The notes beneath the pieces are model-generated. The model saw only the letters and a program-made list of their open reading frames with translations. It had not been told where the DNA came from and made no database searches. The position numbers and the translations under genes are program-made. A stretch of DNA of 64,000 bases from Carcharhinus longimanus (taxonomy: Eukaryota), in assembly GCA_030264375.1 (NCBI GenBank), contig JASCQW010000119.1, positions 43,812,276 to 43,876,275 of the forward strand, read 5' to 3'. Every line of letters begins with the position of its first letter. The first letter of the stretch is position 1. Of the stretch, positions 49,904 to 61,820 are shown one piece after another.

Positions 49904-51046
49904 ATTGTTATTTTTGAACTGTCAAACTTGGAACCCCCTCATGTGTTTGTAGAGGGTCTGTTTGAGTTTAACTGGAGTGCTAGGTTTCCTGCTGTTATCT
50001 ACTATGTTGAGGTTGATATGTGAAAACTGCAAAATAATGCCAAATGCATTGATTCTAGCTTACCATTAATGATAACAACTCCCAAACGCTGCAACCAATT
50101 CTGTTTATCACACCATAACCTCAATGGAACAATGTCAAGATGATTGAAAACTAGGCCAGGATGTGTTCCAGGCTTTGTGTTCAAATGCTTGGAATGGCCT
50201 GTTGGAGTAGTGGAACTTCTTCACAATCAAGCGTGAGTGTAGGTGGTATCGAGGACACTGAATGTCAGAGTTCCTGTCCCCAAGGTCTTGATTTGGATCC
50301 ATGAAAAATAATGCTGCTTCTTCACTGGTAGGTGAGGAACTGAAGTGGACGTGAGGTTTCAGGCTAGGTTCAAAAGTTAGACTTCCAAATTAGCATTCCA
50401 ATCTCCATATTTAAATGAATAATCAAGGGTCAATTAGGTTTGTTGTCAAACCAGTTCATCCTGATAATATGCTGACCATGTTATAAAGCATGGGCAACCA
50501 GGTGAGAACAGACAGCCCACTTCTTTTACTTAGACATTCAATGGGCAGGAGGAGAGGTGGGTGTCACTCTTTGGGAGCTGCCCATTATTGATCTCTGGTG
50601 GCGATCACCTCCCTAAGGTCAAACCTCCACCGTCCCTCCTACCCACCTGCCCCATGCCTACTCCAACCCTCACGACCCAAGACACTGGACTTCACTTGCT
50701 CCAGGGTTCCATGAGCCTTGACCTGCTTCTTCTGCAGTCTTGGCACTATGACTGATGTCCTCTTGGCACTGCGGGGACTGATGGAACTATTGGCCAATCA
50801 GATTGGTCAGCTGTTCCAGAGGGTGGGACTTCCTTCCCAGTGAGAGGTGGAACTCCCAATACAGCACTGTTTGACTGCTGGGCAGGTCATCATGGAGCAT
50901 ATTGACTCTGTGTCGGTTTTGATTCTGTGGTGGATGGAGGGGGGCAGGGTGGTTGGAGGATGAGAGCATGTTGTCCACCAGCCTCACATCTTGAATACAG
51001 TGTCCAGGTCAGACTGCAAGAGACAAAACTGACATTCAACACTTCG

Positions 51047-51666
51047 AATAGAATAGAATAGAATCCCTACAGTGCAGAAGGAGGCCATTTGGCCCATTGA
51101 GCCTGCAGTGACAACAATTCTACCTAGGTTCTATCCCCATAACCCCACGTATTTACCCTGTGAGTCCTCCTGACACTGAAAGTCAGTTTAGCATGGCCAA
51201 TCCACCTAACCTGCACCGCTTTGGAATGTGGGAGGAAACCAGGGCACTCTTGTGCAATGCAGAGCAAAATTGTGAGGTTAATCCCTTGTGTCCAGGTTCT
51301 GGGTGATCAGAGAAGGCTGGAGAAACATCAGGAAACTGAGATAGAATCATAGAATCCCTACAATGCAGAAAGAGGCCATTTGTCCCATCGAGTCTGCACC
51401 GACCACAATCCCACTCAGGCCCTATTTCCATTACCCCATATATTTACCCTGCTAATCCCCCTGACATTACGGTCAATTCAGCAGGGCCAGTCAACCTAAC
51501 CCGCATATTTTGAACTGTGGGAGGAAACCGGAGCACCCAGAGAAAAGCCATGCAGACATGGGGAAAATTTGCAAACTCCACACAGAAAATGACCTGAGGC
51601 CAGAATTGAACCTGAGTCCCTGGCACTGTGAGGCAACAATACTAACTACCGTGCCACTGTGCCGCT
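51047..51666 (-). mobile_element. Two HE1 SINEs (3' half 51047-51250; full copy 51341-51666)
   Basis: (AGAAT)n tails, V-domain and tRNA head in antisense. Confidence 0.9.
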
Positions 51667-52180
51667 CCGTGAGATGAAGGAGGGGATATTTGAATTGATG
51701 CCAGGGACACAAAATGGCAGTCAGAGATTGTCCACCTGTCACTCTCAATATCTGACTTTTGATTCCAAATTGAACAATTTAGTAATTACAGGAAGGCCAA
51801 TCCACTTCCACCCATTCTGTGCTGCTTCTGAAGTTGTATCCTACCTGTGGTTGAGGTAAATAAGGCAGTCGAGAGAATGGAAGACTTAAATCTGGACTAT
51901 TAAATTGAACTAAAATGCTGGGGTTAAAAGGAAGCAGCACTGATCTGACACAGCAAAAGATAACCTTTGGACTGATATCAAGTAATTCTTCCCTCAAAAG
52001 GCGATGGGATGGGATGTCCAGAGAGGCTAATGGAGGTGAAAGGCATGAAACCATTTAAAATGCAATTGATTGCTGGAAAGGGAGGATTTTAGGTGCTATT
52101 TAATGGATCAGTTAAGGTATACTGAATGATCTTCTTTATCTATAATTATCCCTTGATATGAACAGGAGGTGGGAGATAGT
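51667..52180 (-). mobile_element. Probable old L2 fragment
   Basis: Purine-rich plus strand with blocks (GAGATGAAGGAGGGGATATTTG; GGAGGTGAAAGGCATG) resembling antisense L2 ORF2. Confidence 0.4.
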
Positions 52181-52865
52181 CATTGTAGCCAGAAATAAAT
52201 TAGGCAAACACAGCAATAGATTTGAGGCTATCATTGTGCTATCTAATTCATTCCTGTCGGTGGTGTAAGGCAGACAAGTTTTATTTTCCCTTTTAAAATG
52301 ATAATTTAATTTTTTAATCTGCTTATCTTATTTTGAATTTGCATGTCTCAAACCTCTCGACCTTCTCCTTATACCTGTGCTCTTGCTCCCTTGAGATATT
52401 ACACTGTTTGCCTTTGCCTCTATAGCCAATCAGTCATGACCCACAATTTTCCAGCCAAATTCCTCTCTCTCGGCCTCACTCTCACTGCTGTTTGCCCCAC
52501 ACTCTTTGATGTAAAAAACCTTTCCCTCTATATTTTCGATCTTCTCTCTTCCGATTCATTTCAGCTATCCTAATGCTTACTCCAGCCCCGTGGCAGAGAA
52601 TTAAACCTCCCTCTCTCTCTCTCTCTGTCTTGTTCTCTGACTGCCCAGCTGCAGCTCATTGTGTTCCAGTGGCCTGTTCCCTGGTGTCGATGAGGGCTGC
52701 CCACACTCAGCTGCCACGCTAAGGCCTACTCCCACAGCTGATTACACCCTATGTGCCTTGCTCTAAAAATAACTTGCTGCAGCTATAACAGCTCCTGTAG
52801 CTAGCTGTCCCACAGGGGCTAACTCCTGGCTCTTTGGCCCTGCTCTCAATCCTGCCCTGCTTTGC

Positions 52866-53010
52866 TTCAGTGCGGTTTATTTAATTAATTTAACACCCCA
52901 TTCAGAACCAAGCTTATTTAATTAATTTCACCCCCTGGTTGAGTGCTTGGTTTATTAAAATAATTTTACCCTCCATGTTCAGTGCTGAATTTATTTAATT
53001 AATTTGATCC
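52866..53010. repeat. Degenerate minisatellite, 4 units of 37-39 bp
   Basis: Core TTATTTAATTAATTT starts at 52877, 52914, 52952 (variant) and 52991, each preceded by TTCAGTGC-like and followed by C-rich sequence. Confidence 0.85.
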
Positions 53011-53608
53011 AATTCCCCGACCAGTGGAGAAATGTCATCATAATTGAAATCAGCATTTGGATGTCACCTTTTAAACCATTACATATCTTGATTCATGTAA
53101 CATTAGGGGAAATCAACGATATATTACATTTGTGAATATATAATGCATATTTTATATATTTCCAAATAGGCTACAAAGATTAGCAATATAAGTGATGCAC
53201 TGCATCCAAGCTACCTTCGTGTTCATCAATTCTACAAGACACAACTGGACAAAAGGCAGCAGATTGATGCTAGGTGGAATGTGGCAACACACTACCATCA
53301 TATTTCAATAGTGCAAGTGCATCGATCCACTCCAATCCTCTGATAAAGCACCACTAGAGGCTTTAATGATAGCTGGAGCGATATCTGTGTAGGTGCTTCA
53401 TTCAGGTAAACAGAAAGAAAAGAAAATGTTCCTATTTCTTTCCCAAGCAGCTGACTTCAAAGGCTATTTTTCTATGATAATTCATGAAGGCAATCATGAA
53501 ACTTTCAAACAGAGAAAAAAACACGTTTATTGTTCATTCTTTGGACATGGCTGGCCAGCATTTATTGCCCATACAGAGTTGCCCTTGTTCAGAGGGCAGT
53601 GAGAGTCA

Positions 53609-53918
53609 ATCATAGAATCCCATGAAATTCCTACAGTGCAGAAGAAGGCCATTCAGCCCATTAAACCTGCACCAACAATAATCCCACCAAAGCCCTCTCC
53701 CCGTAACCAGCCCCCATATTTACCCTGCTAGCTAAAGGGGCAATTTAGCATGGCCAATCAAGCTAACCTGTACTTCTTTGGACTGCAGGAGGAAACCGGA
53801 ACACATGGAGGAAACCCATGCAGACCCAGGGAGAACGTGTATGTTCCACACAGACAGTGCCCCGAGGTCAGAATTGAACCCGTGTCCCTGGCACTGTGAG
53901 GCAGCAGTGCTAACCACT
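53609..53918 (-). mobile_element. HE1 V-SINE nested in an antisense family-C SINE remnant
   Basis: Full antisense HE1. Flanks GGCTGGCCAGCATTTATTGCCCAT..GAGAGTCAA / GGCTCTGGAGTCATATTTAGGCCAGA are the antisense of SINE C. Confidence 0.88.
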
Positions 53919-54019
53919 CAAAAATCTGCAAAACAGCACAGCCACTTTGCTGTGGCTCTGGAGTCATATTTAGGCCAGATAAGGACAGCAAATTTTTTTC
54001 TCCTAAACAACATTAGTGA

Positions 54020-54198
54020 CAGTAAGTAGTCTCACAAAACCAGGTTACAGTCCAACACATTTATTTGGTAGCACCTGATGAAGGGGCAACACTCCAAAAG
54101 CTCATGCTACCAATAACCCTGTTGGACTTTAATCTAGTGTTGTGAGACTACTTACTATGCCTATCCTAGTTCGATGCCAGCTACTCTACATTATGGCT
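54020..54198 (+). mobile_element. 179-bp non-coding hairpin element with a hammerhead ribozyme core and 13-bp TSD (PLE-derived, retrozyme-like)
   Basis: TSD ACAACATTAGTGA at 54007-54019 and 54199-54211. Inverted arms 54021-54074 / 54104-54156. CTGATGA at 54075-54081, stem II GGGG-caaca-CTCC, (G>A)AAA, AGCT, CUC. Confidence 0.8.
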
Positions 54199-54363
54199 AC
54201 AACATTAGTGAAGCAGTTAACTGAGTGTGAACATATTTTTCAAAGCTATTTCAGAAAAGAACATAGAACGGATAACATATATCTGGAAATGTATGTTTTC
54301 ATATGAGCATATTTGGAGGAGGTTTTCTGTGCATATTTGTAAAGTGTTTAAATGTTTGAACAG

Positions 54364-54447
54364 ACATGAAACAAAAACAGATAATGCTGGAAAATCTCAG
54401 TCGGTCTGACAGCACCTGTGGATAAAGAACAGAGCTAATATTGAGTC
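54364..54447 (+). mobile_element. Left arm only of the 62484-62700 hairpin family
   Basis: AAACAAAAACAGATAATGCTGGAAAATCTCAG..GGTCTGACAGCACCTGTGGA..ACAGAGCTAA matches 62517-62590. Confidence 0.8.
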
Positions 54448-55059
54448 TATCCCCATAACGCTGTGCATTTACCATAGCTGATCCCCCTAACCTACACATC
54501 ACCAAGGGGTAATTTAGCACGGCCAATCCACCTAACCTGCACTCTTTGGATGTGTGAGCTACGCTAGTAACATCAGTGCTATCCAGGCAAAATTGGCTGA
54601 ACCAGTTCACGAGATTGGGGAATTTCAAAGATAAGTGAGTTATATCATTTATGTTATCTGTGATCCCTTGTGTGGTTCAAGATTCAATTACTGCGAATCA
54701 GGCCTGTCCACAAAACTTGGCATTTTGCAGCTCGAGGTCAAAAGATACAACCTATTGTGCCAACTGGAGTGAATTCTTCAAATTGCACTCACGTTCTTAG
54801 ACACACAGGCATGAGTCGGCATGTTTTAAAGATTTTCATTTGAAAAGTATAGCTAGTTTACTTAGCAACTGTTTAGGTATACACTACAAAGCAATAATAG
54901 GGAGCAGTATTGTCTTCATGGTCTTCAATGATTTCAGATCTCGTGACTTGCCGGTGGAAGAATGTAGACACAGTGAAATCCTTATTTTGGGATTTAGAAG
55001 CACTTTCAAAGGTATTAATAAAACTGAACCAGGTCATTGCTCTTAAAACATGAAGGGCT

Positions 55060-55422
55060 ATTTTTTTAATGTTGGCAAGTGTGAGGTGGTCCACTTTGGT
55101 AGGAATAATGGTAGGAAGGGTTATTACTTAAGTGGTGAAAAACTGCAGCAGGCGATGGTGCAGAGGGACCTTGGGGTCCTTGTGCATGAGTCACAAAAAC
55201 CCAGCTTGCAGGTGCAGCAGGTGGTCAGGAAGGCGAATGGGATGCTGGCNNNNNNNNNNNNNNNNNNNNNNNNNNNNNNNNNNNNNNNNNNNNNNNNNNN
55301 NNNNNNNNNNNNNNNNNNNNNNNNNNNNNNNNNNNNNNNNNNNNNNNNNGAATGGCGGGGCAGGCTCGAAGGGCTAGATGGCCTACTCCTGCTCCTATTT
55401 CTTATGTTCCTATGTTCTTATG
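55060..55422 (+). mobile_element. Relatively young CR1 fragment spanning a gap
   Basis: FNVGKCEVVHFGRNN..VQRDLGVLVHESQK.S.QVQQVVRKANGML, with a (TTCTTATG)n tail. Confidence 0.92.
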
Positions 55423-57139
55423 TTAATGAGTCAGACTCCACCCCACAACTGGACTATACCACCCTCACAATCACTCATCCCACTGAGTTCCTCTATTTCT
55501 GCACCCCATCTTGTCTTTCTCTGAACAACCGTGATCACCTCGCAACCCTCTAAACCATGTTATACCCTCTGATCTCTAACCCAAGGAGCAGGTTGGGGGA
55601 ATCTAATGCAAAAAGAAAATGCACGCTGTGAAATTAAAACTGCACAGCTCTTGGGCATTGTATTTCCAATTAAGTCCAAGAGTAGTTGTGACTATAATTC
55701 AGATTCCTTTCATATATTGCAGAAATTCCTGGATTTTCAATCAATGCTTTGGGGGTCCTATCCTATGATATTGTTCGATTTTCCACTGAAACCTCAACTC
55801 GGTGGCCTCGATTCTTATGATTATTAATAGGTCTTCCTAGACTGTCTCACCTCTCAGTCACACACAAAGAGCCTAGTCAGGAAACAAACCAAGATACAAC
55901 AAATTGAGATTTATTTACAGCTTCATAAATATATTCAACAAAGTTAAAAAGTCAGACAGGTACCAAGGGTTAGCTGATAATGGAATTCAGGCTACTAGTG
56001 CTCTGAGCTCTAGCATGTAGATAAGGTTACAGTGAGATGCAGTCATCCCCAAGGACTGAGAGGAGTTAATGTACATTGTTGGAAACTCAGTGCAATTTAC
56101 TGGAAGCCAATGCAAACACAGCAGGAGAGACACAATACTTCAGACAGCTGAATTTCTGCACAGTAATTAGCCACGGCGCTCCCATGACCCTAGTAAGATT
56201 ACAAATACATAGTTGTTAGTTAATGCAGCTAAACTTTGCATGATAATTAGTTGCAGAGCTATTACTGCTATCCTAACCCAAGAAATAGTATAAAATATTA
56301 GATAACGAGTTTTAGCTTTGCATAATAATGAGCATTCTATTAAAAATCCAGAAGTAATATGAATAATGTAGCTATTTTATCCCGAGAAAATTTTTGCATA
56401 CTATTACTAAAACGCTATTATTAAAGTAAATAATATAGTAACATGCTTGCATTAAAGTTTTACAGCAAATGCGAGTAATAATAGCTTAACGAGACAGCCT
56501 GACATCTGAATACGCCACAAACATTGCACTGTTTATCATAGTTAGAAATTAACCTGAATTTAAAAGTCAAGAATTATTTATTCATATCTTCAGTTTCCTA
56601 AACAGTTCTTCCTTTTCTTAAGTGCAGTATTCTTTTCCATCCAACTGTTTTCTGAGGAACAGGAATTAAAGCAGCTCAAAGTGCTGTTTGTCTCGGTGTG
56701 AAGCAAAGAATTACATTTAATTGTCTACAGCGACAGATACTGAGGAGATTAGCACCAGCAGCAGACGTATTATTCAGGTATCTTTGTTTTAACAGTGCCT
56801 AGAACCATTATGCCTTATTGAAATGTAATATTATTTAAATCTTTTTGCTGTGTTTCATCCATGTTAATGGGGTTTGCCCATTAATTTTGAGAAGCTGTAT
56901 TATTACATTGAGAACATCATTGCACTGTAATTTAAAGAATTATTTATCTGGGGTGAAAGGATGCATCCGTTTAGCAGCAGATTGACCCCGAACCCTATCA
57001 TATTTGCTTTATTATTTTGAGAACTGGCTGTAATTTATGACTACACATTTCCGTTCTAAAGCCTGTATTAATATTTTTCATCACTCAGTTGACTTGAATT
57101 GAAGTGCAGACTGAAGCCTGAGTGGTCACGTGGTTAATA

Positions 57140-59520
57140 TGGGCACCAAAGGGAAATAATATGTCAGGAGCGCGGGAGTTCTCCTCTGGGCACAGGCAGA
57201 CAGTAAGAATTGCACAGCATTATCAATAAACCTGTATTGTTGTTAGCCCCTGGTTGCCAGTTATTGCAGCCCAATACTTCTACACAGGAAGAAACGAGTG
57301 AATTGTGTACTTGTTGAGCATGCCTGGCAGGTGGGATCTGAAGCGGATGTGATATCCACTCCCACCCACCATTGCACCCCACCCTGATTTCATGTTGGCC
57401 AATTAAGGGGTGGCCTGTGTGAATCATGGCTGGGCATTGGTCCTGCACTGACAATGGGCATGGAGCTTGGTGTTGCCGGGTGACCTGAGTGGACAATTGA
57501 AGAAGGCTGCAAGGAATGGCAGCAAAGACTGCGGAGCTGGGCCAGGCAGATTTGGAAGTGATCCTTCAGATGGCCTCTGGACAAGGGGGCAGGTGGGCTG
57601 CCAATGTTGGTGGGCACTCCATGCTTTGTGGGTGACAGCCTGTGGGCACTGGTGCGGGCTGTGAGTCCCTGGAATGATGTCCTGATATCATAGAATTGCA
57701 GTAGGAGGCCAGCCTGACAGACTAAGAGGACATGGAGAGAGATTGTGATGCTGATGAGTGGGAAGGATGTGGTGTGCCACAGCTGGAAACAGCGCCAGCA
57801 GCATTTCAATGATCTTCTGCGCTCCAACATGGCCTGGCACTTAATACGGAAGGAGTGGAGGGTGGATTAGAGATGCTTAGTGTCAAATGACACATTGTGC
57901 TGTGACTGGCATGGTGGGAGATAGGGCCATGCATCTTCAGTGTGCAGAAGGGTGAAAAAAATCACAGTCTGAGGGGCAGTAAAGGCTGGACATTCAAGTA
58001 GGAGGCTCATGAGGCTGGCATGGTGTCTCCGTGATGTGTTCACAATTGGAACACTGGTTCACGTTCATGAGAAGAGAAGCTGTGATGTACAGGAGCGCAC
58101 GTGTACAGGTGCTAAAGGCCCCAACCTCACCATTTTCCAGCATTTTCTGTTCTTGTCTCACCATACTCTCCCAATTCAAGATGAACATCCTGGACCTTGA
58201 GGGCGGAAGAGGAGCATAGTCCTCAGGAGGTGGTGAGGCAGAGTTGTCAGAGGCCAATAAGAATTCAGGGAATGTGGGGAAAGGCTGTGTAGCGCCATCA
58301 TCAGTAAGAAGGCCACATCTGAATATCCCACAAATTGGCCGCGCTGAAAACCTAACAGAAGCATGTGGCAGATGAGGAAAGGTACTTACATGCTTGCACA
58401 GACACTCACTGAGGGTGTTCTTACTGACATGTTCTTAATGACACATTCCATAAAAGCATCATCCTTTGGACACATCACTGAGCCCACCCTTGGCTCATAC
58501 CTGAACCTGGGATACCGAGGGATGTACTCCTGCTCTCAGCGCCAAGCACTACCAGATGCTAGCAGCCCTGTTGGCTACAATGTGTCAGCTCAGTTGGAAT
58601 TGCACTGTGGTGAAGATGCATCACACTCGCTGGAAAAGCTGCTGTAGAGTGCCGAGGCTGCAGGCAATCAGAAGACTGCTGGAGACCAAGACCGTGCTGA
58701 TTTCAAGGCAGACGATGAGTCTCTGGAGTCAACCACAAGGCAGCAAACACTAGAGACATCCAGTGGGATGCATGGGGAGGGCTTGTGGCGATCCCAGAGG
58801 GTCTGCATTCCATGGCCTCTGCCATGGAGGGGTCCATGCAAAGCCTCAGCACAGTGTTTACCCCGAGCATCAAGCACTCAGCCACCACCTTTGTAAGAGT
58901 GATGACTATCATGGAGAGGCTACTCAAAAGCACAATCAGAATTTTCTGGGTTTGCGCTTGGGCCTGTAAACCCTCACAAAGACAATGACTTCAAGGGGGC
59001 ATTGTCTGCATGAAAGATACATTAAGCACCTTGTATCTCACTCTCACTCAGCCTGCCTTTTCTCCTGCCTCCTTTAATACTGCCCTTCAATGACAAATCA
59101 GCAAAAATGGATTGGGCGCCTGCCCATCTTCCTTGCGTGCCAATCTAAAAATTGCACAGGCAATCTAAAATTCAAGTCAATTGGACTTTTAATGCTTTTG
59201 AACAGCTGCTTAATTTTTGGCGCACAGACAACTAACTCCTGCTTGTGCCCTCTGACTGAAATACTTGAAATGCGGAATGGCGCCAGGCCCTGCACCTGAC
59301 TGACATCTTCTGATGTGACTTTGCACCTTCTGGATTGGGNNNNNNNNNNNNNNNNNNNNNNNNNNNNNNNNNNNNNNNNNNNNNNNNNNNNNNNNNNNNN
59401 NNNNNNNNNNNNNNNNNNNNNNNNNNNNNNNNNNNNNNNTGGATTGGGCATGTATTCACCCAGGACATGTAACAATCTGGCCAAAAAGAAGAAATAAGAA
59501 GATACGCTCAAATTTCTAGC
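57140..59520 (+). mobile_element. Decayed PIF/Harbinger element with a Myb/SANT-like ORF relic
   Basis: 57721-57830 translates as TKRTWREIVMLMSGKDVVCHSWKQRQQHFNDLLRS (Harbinger W..VA..VS....RT..QC.KRFNDL motif). 58070-58130 gives EKRSCDVQERTCTGAKGP (ER..TGGG motif). Confidence 0.7.
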
Positions 59521-59835
59521 TGTACGTTAATCCTCAGAGCAAAGGCATTTTCAGTAGCATGTAGAATTTACATTCAAGAACAAAGTAGAGGCTGTTTCTT
59601 ATAATGGGGGTAAAGCTCTGCATTTTGTAATTTGAATTTTTGCATGAAGATCAAGTTACTCAATTGGCAAAATTAGATTGCAGCTTTCCTTCTGTCTGTT
59701 TCTCTTTGCTTTTCTGTTCTGTGGTTTAATGATTACTTCACTCTACGCTTGTTAATCTTTATCCCAGAATGGAATCAACTTACACTCACAGAAACAAAGG
59801 ATTGTTATGTTGCAGAAGGCCATTTGGCCCATCAT

Positions 59836-61203
59836 GTGGAATTTTACAAGAATAATTTGAAGTGCCTAGCTAGCATGAAAAGGGAAAGTTGCAGCTCCAT
59901 TTTTTGGAAGAGTTTTCACTCCCAATCTTATAGACTTAGACATTGAAAACATGGGCTAGACTGTTTCGAACTGCGACAGGCAGTGGGCTGGTCTTAATTC
60001 ACCAGCCAGCCTGCAGAGGGAGCAATTGTGTTTGTGCAGACCTTTAATGCTGCATATGCACAACAGCAACAGCAGAATTCTGACAGAGGGAGAACTGTCA
60101 GGCCTCTGCTGCTGCATGCAGCCTGGACAAAGCCCGCACCCCTGGCAATCACAAGCCCGGAAAGGAACTCTCGCCATCCACTNNNNNNNNNNNNNNNNNN
60201 NNNNNNNNNNNNNNNNNNNNNNNNNNNNNNNNNNNNNNNNNNNNNNNNNNNNNNNNNNNNNNNNNNNNNNNNNNNNNNNNNNNNNNNNNNNNNNNNNNNN
60301 NNNNNNNNNNNNNNNNNNNNNNNNNNNNNNNNNNNNNNNNNNNNNNNNNNNNNNNNNNNNNNNNNNNNNNNNNNNNNNNNNNNNNNNNNNNNNNNNNNNN
60401 NNNNNNNNNNNNNNNNNNNNNNNNNNNNNNNNNNNNNNNNNNNNNNNNNNNNNNNNNNNNNNGCCCCCAAAGCCTGCAATGCAATGTGGCAGCAGCAGAC
60501 CTCCCCCCCCTACCTATCCCCTGCAGAGTGGCAGCGAGCAGCCCCCTCCCTCATCTCACTGATCTCCTGCAGAGTGGCAGTGGACTCCCCATTCTCCTTC
60601 GATCATTCCACCCTGGCCTGGCCCCACCCCCAGGCCCTGAACCCATAATCCCCACTCCTTCAGGCTCTGCCCCATGATCGTCACCTCTTCAGGTTCCTGC
60701 CCCTTTAGACCATGCCCCCAAAGGCCCTGCTCTCGGCACTGCCGGGTGGGTATTGCCAAGACACCCCTCGAGCAATGCCAAGGTGCTAGGCTAGCACAGC
60801 CAGGCTGGAACTGTTGAATGAGTTAACCACCCCCCACAAGTCCTTGGGCTCCCTGGAGGCTTAATGGACTCTGGTTTTACTGGTGAGGCCAACATGGCTT
60901 TTCCCCATTCATGGCATACAAGCATTTTCCTTGCCGGAGAGAACGGCTCCCTGTGAGGCCATAAAGGCAAGCCAGCCTGGATGGTTGGGTGCCGGGCTCA
61001 CGAAAAGCTCACTAGTAATGATCAGTATAATACATTTAAATAATTTATTCAGCCTCTCGCCCATTTCCAGCGAGCGGCTGACCTTGCGGGAAATCTGGCA
61101 CTTTTAAGATCACGAGAGGCATGAAATGAGGAGTGATCCTGATTTCCCGGCTCTCACGTGATTTTACCAGTTCATGCTGCCCATCGAACTAGTAAAATTC
61201 CAC
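59836..61203. mobile_element. ~1.37-kb non-autonomous Harbinger-type element inserted in a CR1 3' tail
   Basis: TIRs GTGGAATTTTACAAG (59836-59850) / CTAGTAAAATTCCAC (61189-61203), 14/15 match. The host GGCCCATCATGTCTGC is split, with duplication around TCA. An internal ~42-46 bp repeat (CTGCAGAGTGGCAG) lies at 60480-60590. Confidence 0.75.
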
Positions 61204-61820
61204 CATCATGTCTGCACAGCCTCCTCAATTGACCATTATGACTTAGTTGCATTCCCCTGCCTTTTCCCTTTCAGATTGTTTCCATTCAAATAATCATCTA
61301 AAAAAAGGTAAAGTCACTATAGTCCCAGAGACTACCCTTCTCTTTGATGGGGAGAACTGACTGATGGCAATTTTACCTGACGATTGCCACACCTCAGGTG
61401 AGGAGCAAGGTTGCAAAGGTGGGGCCTTCATGAATAAACTCAGCCAGTACAGGAATTGGGCTCATGCTCTTGGTGTCACTCCGTAACACAAACCAGCCAT
61501 CCAACCAACTGAGCTAACTGACTCCACAAATAATCAGCTAATGCCCTCTTGAATGTTTCAATTGAACCTGTCTCCACCACACTTCCAGGCAGTGCGTTCC
61601 AGACCCAAACCTTCTGTTGTGTGAAAATATTTTCTCCTCACATCACACTTGTTTCTCCTGCAAATCATTTCAAATCTGTATCCTCTTGATCCTTTTGTGA
61701 GCGGGAACAGTTTCTGCTTATCTAATCTGTCCAGCTCCCTCATGGTTTTGGCAACTCTACCAAACTTCCTCTGAGCCTTCTTCTCTCAGAGGAGAACAAT
61801 CTCTCCAATCCATCCTCAGA
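61204..61820 (-). mobile_element. CR1 3' region (tail at 59785-59835) with a nested SINE
   Basis: ORF 61558-61743 MRELDRLDKQKLFPL..RG..F.. resembles the CR1 ORF2 C-terminus. Confidence 0.8.
61302..61526 (-). mobile_element. tRNA-derived SINE family D with a 15-bp TSD
   Basis: TSD CAAATAATCA(T/G)CTAA at 61287-61301 and 61527-61541. The minus-strand head is GTTAGCTCAGTTGG (A-box). Confidence 0.88.

Noticed and set aside
52866-53010. CRISPR-like repeat-spacer pattern
   Set aside because: Vertebrate context, 37-39 bp period, linkers related to each other, and no cas genes.
59994-60648. Longest ORFs in the track (161-206 aa)
   Set aside because: Inflated by a 280-N gap inside a non-autonomous transposon.
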